Program-made: the position numbers and the translations under genes | Notes under the pieces: generated by a model | Database searches by the model: none | Seen by the model: the letters and a program-made list of their open reading frames with translations, nothing else | Told to the model about the DNA's origin: nothing | Assembly: GCA_015233895.1 (NCBI GenBank) | Contig: JADFXG010000011.1 | Span: 37,212-101,211 of the forward strand | Reading direction: 5' to 3' | DNA: 64,000 nt | From: Nitrospirota bacterium | Lineage (GTDB): Bacteria; Nitrospirota; Thermodesulfovibrionia; Thermodesulfovibrionales; Magnetobacteriaceae | In this document: in pieces, positions 58,842-64,000 of the stretch | Position numbering within the stretch: position 1 is the stretch's first letter | Layout of the letters: every line of letters starts with the position of its first letter

Positions 58842-60734
58842 ATGGGATTATTTAAGGCGTTTTCCGGAAAAAGCGAAAATTCAAAGAATGTTCCTCAACA
58901 GCCGATAGTAAAAGAAAAACTACTCAATAATCGCCGCAGCATACGGTATTTGGTTGAGGATGTTCCTATTGGGGAGACAGGTGTTTTAGTTAATATAGGC
59001 AGGGGCGGCTGTAAGTTGAAAAAGTTGTCGCCAGACCTTATAGATATGCCTGAGATAAAAGTTACAATTGCCGGAAAGGAATACCGAAGCAGAGTGGTCT
59101 GGCAGGACGACAAACACATAGGTCTCGAACTTCAGGGAGGGTTTGAATCCTCCGAGTTTATAATAAAATACCTGAAAAAGGTCAGAGATATAAGCATAAG
59201 GCCACTCAGAAGGCTTTCTGATGAAGCAATCAAGGGTTTTGTTGAAAAAGATATGCTTGGTATAATGGTTAACCTTATGGCTGAACTTGAGGCGCCAAAC
59301 TGCGATATGTCACGTATGAAACTCTTTGTCTGCAAGCTTTCCGGACTAAAAGAGGCGGTTGCTGAAAAAGCCAACATAATCAGAACAGAAGAGGAGGTCG
59401 TAACACTTAAAGACGTAGATTATGCGATAAAAAGACTGGGCACTGATACGGTAAAAAAAGTATCCCTTGAGTATATAAAGAAAAAATCCTCGGAAATAGA
59501 GGTTCCGGAGTGGGGAGCACATTTTTATGACTCATATAAAATTCTGAAAACGGTTTTCTTTTCTAAACTTGCTCCTTTTTTTGGATATAAAGACAATCAG
59601 AACCTTGCTGAGGCCATTTTAAACCTTGAAACTAAGGGTGTGGATATATTTCTTAATAAAGGTAATAAGAATTTTATGAAATTTTACAATTCTCCAACCA
59701 AAATATATTCCGAGCTGACACGTTTTCTTGAAAAAATTAACTTTGGAAAAGATCTAATTCAGGTAAATAAGATTTATATAACCTCTGTCAGAAAACCCAC
59801 CACCGCTCTTTACGACGGATATGTGCTTGCCCACCTTGCCCGTTACCCTCATATCACTCTTGACAAATCAATGAAACTATCTTTAAATAAAATTGTTCTT
59901 AACTTTTCTTTGATTTGCAATCTGACTATACTTGCCACTGAGGCATTCATTGAAAAGGACAAGTATGCTAACTCGGTTTTAGTCCACAAACTGAAACGCA
60001 CGGGAATGGATGAAAATAAGCTACTGCTGTTTCTGGATAATATCGTTAACGAAACAAACAAAATAATGAACGACATTGGCAAGAGGGGCAATTTAAAAGG
60101 AATTAATATAAGCGGCACACCTATAAGAATAAGAGAATTTCTGGCAAAGGAGCCAAATACTGATAGATTTCTCAACTCTTTTAAAGAGTTCAAAGATAAG
60201 AAACGGCTGGTTATTAAATATGAAGATGACACTTATACACACTACATCCTCGGCAGAATACTGGATTCTGAGGAGTTTGAACTGAATACAAAGTTATGCT
60301 GCATTTTGCCATGTGAGTGCCTGTTGTCTGAGGATTTCAGTGTTGAGCAGTTTTCTTACTTCAATGTAGTGGTGTTTAAAAATATAGATCAGTTATCTCC
60401 TTCTCTCCTAAGAAGCCTTGTTAAGATGTGGAACACATTTGAGGGAAGCATTATCCTGACTTTTAGCGCTTACAGTATGCTTGATTACAGCAACAAAGAG
60501 CTCTTTTTACTTTTAAGGAAATATATTGTTGACTTTCCATCGTATTTCGCCGATCAAAAAATATACATCAAAATGGTTGAACATGTGACAAGTTACATCA
60601 AAAACTGCACAAACGGAGGCGCTCCGGATGACTCACTTTATACAAACAACGTCATAACCATGGACCACATAAGGGGCAGTGCCCTCCTGCAGGCTGCTCA
60701 GTCGCTGGAGGAGGAAGAGGAGAGTAAACCATAA
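58842..60734 (+). CDS. PilZ-domain protein with degenerate HDOD-like and AAA-like regions
   Basis: RRSIR and NIGRGG PilZ c-di-GMP motifs, VVW; VTLKDVDYAIKRLGTDTVK HDOD-like segment. Confidence 0.65.
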   Translation: MGLFKAFSGKSENSKNVPQQPIVKEKLLNNRRSIRYLVEDVPIGETGVLVNIGRGGCKLKKLSPDLIDMPEIKVTIAGKEYRSRVVWQDDKHIGLELQGGFESSEFIIKYLKKVRDISIRPLRRLSDEAIKGFVEKDMLGIMVNLMAELEAPNCDMSRMKLFVCKLSGLKEAVAEKANIIRTEEEVVTLKDVDYAIKRLGTDTVKKVSLEYIKKKSSEIEVPEWGAHFYDSYKILKTVFFSKLAPFFGYKDNQNLAEAILNLETKGVDIFLNKGNKNFMKFYNSPTKIYSELTRFLEKINFGKDLIQVNKIYITSVRKPTTALYDGYVLAHLARYPHITLDKSMKLSLNKIVLNFSLICNLTILATEAFIEKDKYANSVLVHKLKRTGMDENKLLLFLDNIVNETNKIMNDIGKRGNLKGINISGTPIRIREFLAKEPNTDRFLNSFKEFKDKKRLVIKYEDDTYTHYILGRILDSEEFELNTKLCCILPCECLLSEDFSVEQFSYFNVVVFKNIDQLSPSLLRSLVKMWNTFEGSIILTFSAYSMLDYSNKELFLLLRKYIVDFPSYFADQKIYIKMVEHVTSYIKNCTNGGAPDDSLYTNNVITMDHIRGSALLQAAQSLEEEEESKP

Positions 60735-60776
60735 GACGTTAAACACAGAACAAACAAACACATGAGGTTATAGCTG

Positions 60777-61208
60777 TCACTTCTTTTCCTGAGATGAATC
60801 TACAAACACACCCCTCACTATGTCTGCAATATTTTCAGCATTAGTCCTGAAAATATCAAAAGAAACAATCATTGATTGTTTCCATGTATCAATAATAACG
60901 ACGTTGATTTTCCCAATCTCATTCAATAATATCTCGCGGATTTTAAGCATAGCATTCATGTTCTGGGCAACAAGGTTTATGTAGCCAGGCCTTACCTCAG
61001 TCATGACATAAGAATCCGTACTTATAGGTACGCTAACGGTCATATCGGGCTTTGCGGCAATAACAGTGGATACCATCTGCTCCTTTGCAGGCTCCTCCGC
61101 AACCTTTGTGTCTTCAATTATCGCGGGCTCTGTGTGTTGTCTGGTATTTGTGGGAACTGCTGGTTTTAAGGCGCTTAACCGTTCCATCACCTGTGTTTTC
61201 TTAGGCAT
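60777..61208 (-). CDS. Hypothetical protein coupled to ParA
   Basis: 143 aa; start overlaps the ParA stop by 8 nt; basic N-terminus, low-complexity linker. Confidence 0.7.
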   Translation of the reverse strand: MPKKTQVMERLSALKPAVPTNTRQHTEPAIIEDTKVAEEPAKEQMVSTVIAAKPDMTVSVPISTDSYVMTEVRPGYINLVAQNMNAMLKIREILLNEIGKINVVIIDTWKQSMIVSFDIFRTNAENIADIVRGVFVDSSQEKK

Positions 61209-61956
61209 TTAGTATCTCCTCAATCAGTTGCTGAAAGTCCTGGGCAACAAAGCTTTTGGGGTTATAGTCGAAAACGCTCTTATGTTGTATTTGAGAGCGC
61301 ACTACGTCAATACTTAATCTAATTGTGGTTTTAAAAAGTTTTTCAGGGAAACTATCCTTCAGAGTGTCAAACACCTGCTGAGACAGAGACGTTCTTCTGT
61401 CAAACTTACAGGCAAGAACCCCCAATATGGACAGAGACGAATTTAAACTTTTCCTCTCAAGCTCTATTTCCTCAAGAAGCTGTTTAAGGCCAAGTATAGA
61501 AAAGTATCCGACATCCACAGGTATGATAATATGCTCGGCCATTGTCAGAGCATTTTTAGTAAATGCGTTAATGCTTGGCGGACAGTCCAGCACTATGTAG
61601 TCATAATCGTTGGTAATCGGAGCGAGAGCTTTTTTTAGAACATCAAAAGACTTATTATTTATCAGCATCTCCTCCATGTCTTTAAGTGAATTATTAGCAG
61701 GTATGATTTCAAGGGAATCCACAGTAGTTATGAAATCCCTTGGGTTGCCACCGTTTGTCATCAGGTCTTTGATGGTTTTGCCGCCGCTTTCAATCATAAG
61801 ACCAACAGATGCCGAGGCATTTCCCTGAGCATCCACATCAACAAGCAGGGTTTTTTTGCCTGCTTTGTTTAACCCTGCTGCCAAATTTACAGACAGGGTC
61901 GTTTTACCAACTCCGCCTTTTTGGTTAGTTATCGCTATTGTTTTACTCATAACCAT
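61201..61956 (-). CDS. ParA/Soj-family ATPase
   Basis: NQKGGVGKTT deviant Walker A, DVDAQGNAS, YDYIVLDCPPS. Confidence 0.93.
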   Translation of the reverse strand: MVMSKTIAITNQKGGVGKTTLSVNLAAGLNKAGKKTLLVDVDAQGNASASVGLMIESGGKTIKDLMTNGGNPRDFITTVDSLEIIPANNSLKDMEEMLINNKSFDVLKKALAPITNDYDYIVLDCPPSINAFTKNALTMAEHIIIPVDVGYFSILGLKQLLEEIELERKSLNSSLSILGVLACKFDRRTSLSQQVFDTLKDSFPEKLFKTTIRLSIDVVRSQIQHKSVFDYNPKSFVAQDFQQLIEEILNA

Positions 61957-62092
61957 ATTGCCTCGCTATTATATTTTAAACTTTACAATGATAATACTGC
62001 ACTACGAAAAAAAGCAAGATGAAAAAGTTGAGCTCTAATTTTCTCCACTTGCGCCAGAGACCATTTTTTCATTACAATGTACTGCTACCGGA

Positions 62093-63943
62093 ATGAAAAA
62101 AAATATAACCTCAGAGATAAAAGGCGCGCTGTCAGGAATAACTGAAGAGCCTGCACCATTTTGGATAAAGCCTCTCTCTATACCTCTGTTTATTCTAAGC
62201 CTTACAGCAGCCGTTTATTTTCCTGTTATACACAACGGCTTTATCAGCTACGATGATATCAACTATGTGATTGAAAATCCGGTTGTTATTGCAGGGCTTA
62301 CCCTTAACGGTTTTGTCTGGGCTCTGAAATCAGTTTATTTTGCTAACTGGCATCCTGCCACGTGGATTTTATATATGACAGAGGCAGAGGTTTTTGGAAT
62401 CAACCCGCAGGGATTTCACTTTGTCAGCATGCTGCTTCACGGTATTAACGGTCTGCTGCTTTTTATGGTTTTACAGAGGCTTTCAAAAGAGCCTGTGCCG
62501 GCTTTTTGGGCTGCTATGCTGTTTGTAGTTCATCCGCTTAATGTGGAATCGGTGGCATGGGTGTCTCAACAAAAGACGCTTCTTTCAACAACTTTTTGGT
62601 TTTTAGCTCTGTTGGCTTATGCTGTGTTTGTTGAAAAGCCGAAAGTGTTAACTTACATTGTTATAACTGTACTTTTCATTATCGGCTTAATGGCTAAACC
62701 AATGCTTGTGACGTTTCCTGTGACGTTGTTGATTTTGGATTTCTATCCGCTTAAACGGTTTCACGGTGTGTCTTTTAAGGTTAAGCTGCGGATTATTTGT
62801 GAAAAAATCCCTTTATTCATTATCACTGCTGCTGCGTCACTGATTACTGTAGTCTCTCAGAAACAATCCGGGGCAATTGTTGCTATCTCTGATGTTACAA
62901 TACCGGAGCGGCTCATAAACGGTATCACATCCTATGCCGGATACATTAAGAAGATGTTTTATCCCGTTAATCTTTCCGTGTTTTACCCCTATAGCGATAC
63001 GATAAATTATCTGACAGCTGGCATTGATCTTTCACTCCTTACGACAGTAGCCGTTATCTCAATAGACACTATAAAAAGAGCACCGTACATCGCTGCCGGA
63101 TTTCTCTGGTATGTGGTGACTCTCTTGCCCGTCTCTCAGATAGTTCAAATAGGGGGCGCCTCAATTTCTGACCGCTATGCCTATGTGCCGCTGATTGGGC
63201 TTTTTATTGCTCTTGCCACAGGAGCATGGAACACGGTTAAAAAAGATAATTCTATGCGAAAATTTTTTGCCGTATCTGCTTTTGTGATAATTATTACACT
63301 TGGCTGCATCAGTTCTAAACAACTTTCGTACTGGAGAGATTCCGGAGCACTATTTAAACACTCAATTGATGTAACATATGGTAACTATGTTGCCTATAAT
63401 GAGTATGGGATGTACTTAAAGGAAAAGGGAGAGACTAATGCGGCTATTGATATGTTCAAAGAAGGGCTTAGGTACGCTCCAAATAACAAAACTCTCAACT
63501 TTAATGTGTGGGATGCCCTCCTTAGGGCCGGGAAAGCAAATGAGGCTCAAAAACACCTTCAGGTAGCTCTTCCTATGTTTACTGAAGGGGGAAATACAGC
63601 TGGCTTAAAAGATATTGCAATTAAACTTCTACGAAAACGCGACTATAAAATGTCGGCTGCTTATTTCTCACTCCTTACCTCACTTAACCCTGGTGATGCC
63701 GATAACTTTAACTATCTGGGACTATCCTACCTTGCCCTTAAAGACTATGAAAAGGCTAAAGCGGTTTTACAAGCGGGGCTTAGGAGTTTTCCAAAACGGG
63801 CAGACCTTCATCTTCACCTTGGGCTTGCACTCAGGGAATGCGGCGAGACTGCCGCTTCAGAAAGTCACTTTGCAGAGGCAGTAAAACTTAATCCGGCTCT
63901 CACAGGAGTTATCAGAGACCTTAATGATGGCAGAAAAAAGTAA
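62093..63943 (+). CDS. TMTC-like GT-C membrane glycosyltransferase with C-terminal TPRs
   Basis: YDD loop, WHP, FHFVSMLLH, HPLNVESVAWVS, DRYAYVP, YWRDS; about 10 TMs; TPR tail. Confidence 0.8.
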   Translation: MKKNITSEIKGALSGITEEPAPFWIKPLSIPLFILSLTAAVYFPVIHNGFISYDDINYVIENPVVIAGLTLNGFVWALKSVYFANWHPATWILYMTEAEVFGINPQGFHFVSMLLHGINGLLLFMVLQRLSKEPVPAFWAAMLFVVHPLNVESVAWVSQQKTLLSTTFWFLALLAYAVFVEKPKVLTYIVITVLFIIGLMAKPMLVTFPVTLLILDFYPLKRFHGVSFKVKLRIICEKIPLFIITAAASLITVVSQKQSGAIVAISDVTIPERLINGITSYAGYIKKMFYPVNLSVFYPYSDTINYLTAGIDLSLLTTVAVISIDTIKRAPYIAAGFLWYVVTLLPVSQIVQIGGASISDRYAYVPLIGLFIALATGAWNTVKKDNSMRKFFAVSAFVIIITLGCISSKQLSYWRDSGALFKHSIDVTYGNYVAYNEYGMYLKEKGETNAAIDMFKEGLRYAPNNKTLNFNVWDALLRAGKANEAQKHLQVALPMFTEGGNTAGLKDIAIKLLRKRDYKMSAAYFSLLTSLNPGDADNFNYLGLSYLALKDYEKAKAVLQAGLRSFPKRADLHLHLGLALRECGETAASESHFAEAVKLNPALTGVIRDLNDGRKK

Positions 63944-64000
63944 ACAATTTATTAAAGACAACCTTACAATAAGTGATGAGAAAGCGCCACTTATAGCTCT
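63927..64000 (+). CDS. Possible start of the next gene (truncated by window edge)
   Basis: ATG overlapping the end of the previous gene, open to the window end (MAEKSKQFIKDNLTISDEKAPLIA). Confidence 0.35.
   Translation, partial: MAEKSKQFIKDNLTISDEKAPLIA

Noticed and set aside
1..64000. tRNA, rRNA, transposase, integrase, prophage or magnetosome genes
   Set aside because: No recognisable motifs by eye; tRNAscan-SE, Infernal and HMM searches would be needed to exclude small elements

Overview
AT-rich bacterial chromosomal window from a diderm, probably anaerobic or microaerophilic organism (pyrR-pyrB, hgcAB, Skp and many PAS/GAF/c-di-GMP proteins; Nitrospirota- or Desulfobacterota-like is an inference only). 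Left to right: a partial HDOD gene, a CheY-like regulator, a patchwork of decayed fragments including a broken RelE/YafQ-type toxin, pyrR-pyrB with a PyrR-binding leader, small redox and membrane genes, a CapD-type dehydratase, an orphan NHLP-leader-like gene, an HD-GYP phosphodiesterase, a Menshen-like defence triplet with a frameshifted ATPase, an S66 peptidase and a complete hgcC-hgcA-hgcB mercury-methylation operon. The centre (18.4-48.4 kb, minus strand) is the most unusual part. It holds seven secreted Asp-box beta-propeller proteins plus one stand-alone protein, all ending in the same unrecognised ~140-150 aa four-cysteine C-terminal domain (CTD). The CTD comes in two strictly alternating subtypes (A/B) organised as promoter-A-B units. 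The array runs into a FecR protein with a very long low-complexity linker, a TPR/outer-membrane beta-barrel (Slam/DUF560-like), Skp, and two CHASE2 class III cyclases whose catalytic residues are complementarily degenerate, implying an obligate heterodimer. The right end carries a hybrid kinase-CheR-CheB-kinase module, a GGDEF protein, a PilZ multidomain protein, an orphan ParA with a small partner, and a TMTC-like glycosyltransferase. No rRNA, tRNA, CRISPR array or intact transposase was seen. All domain calls come from reading motifs by eye, not from database searches.
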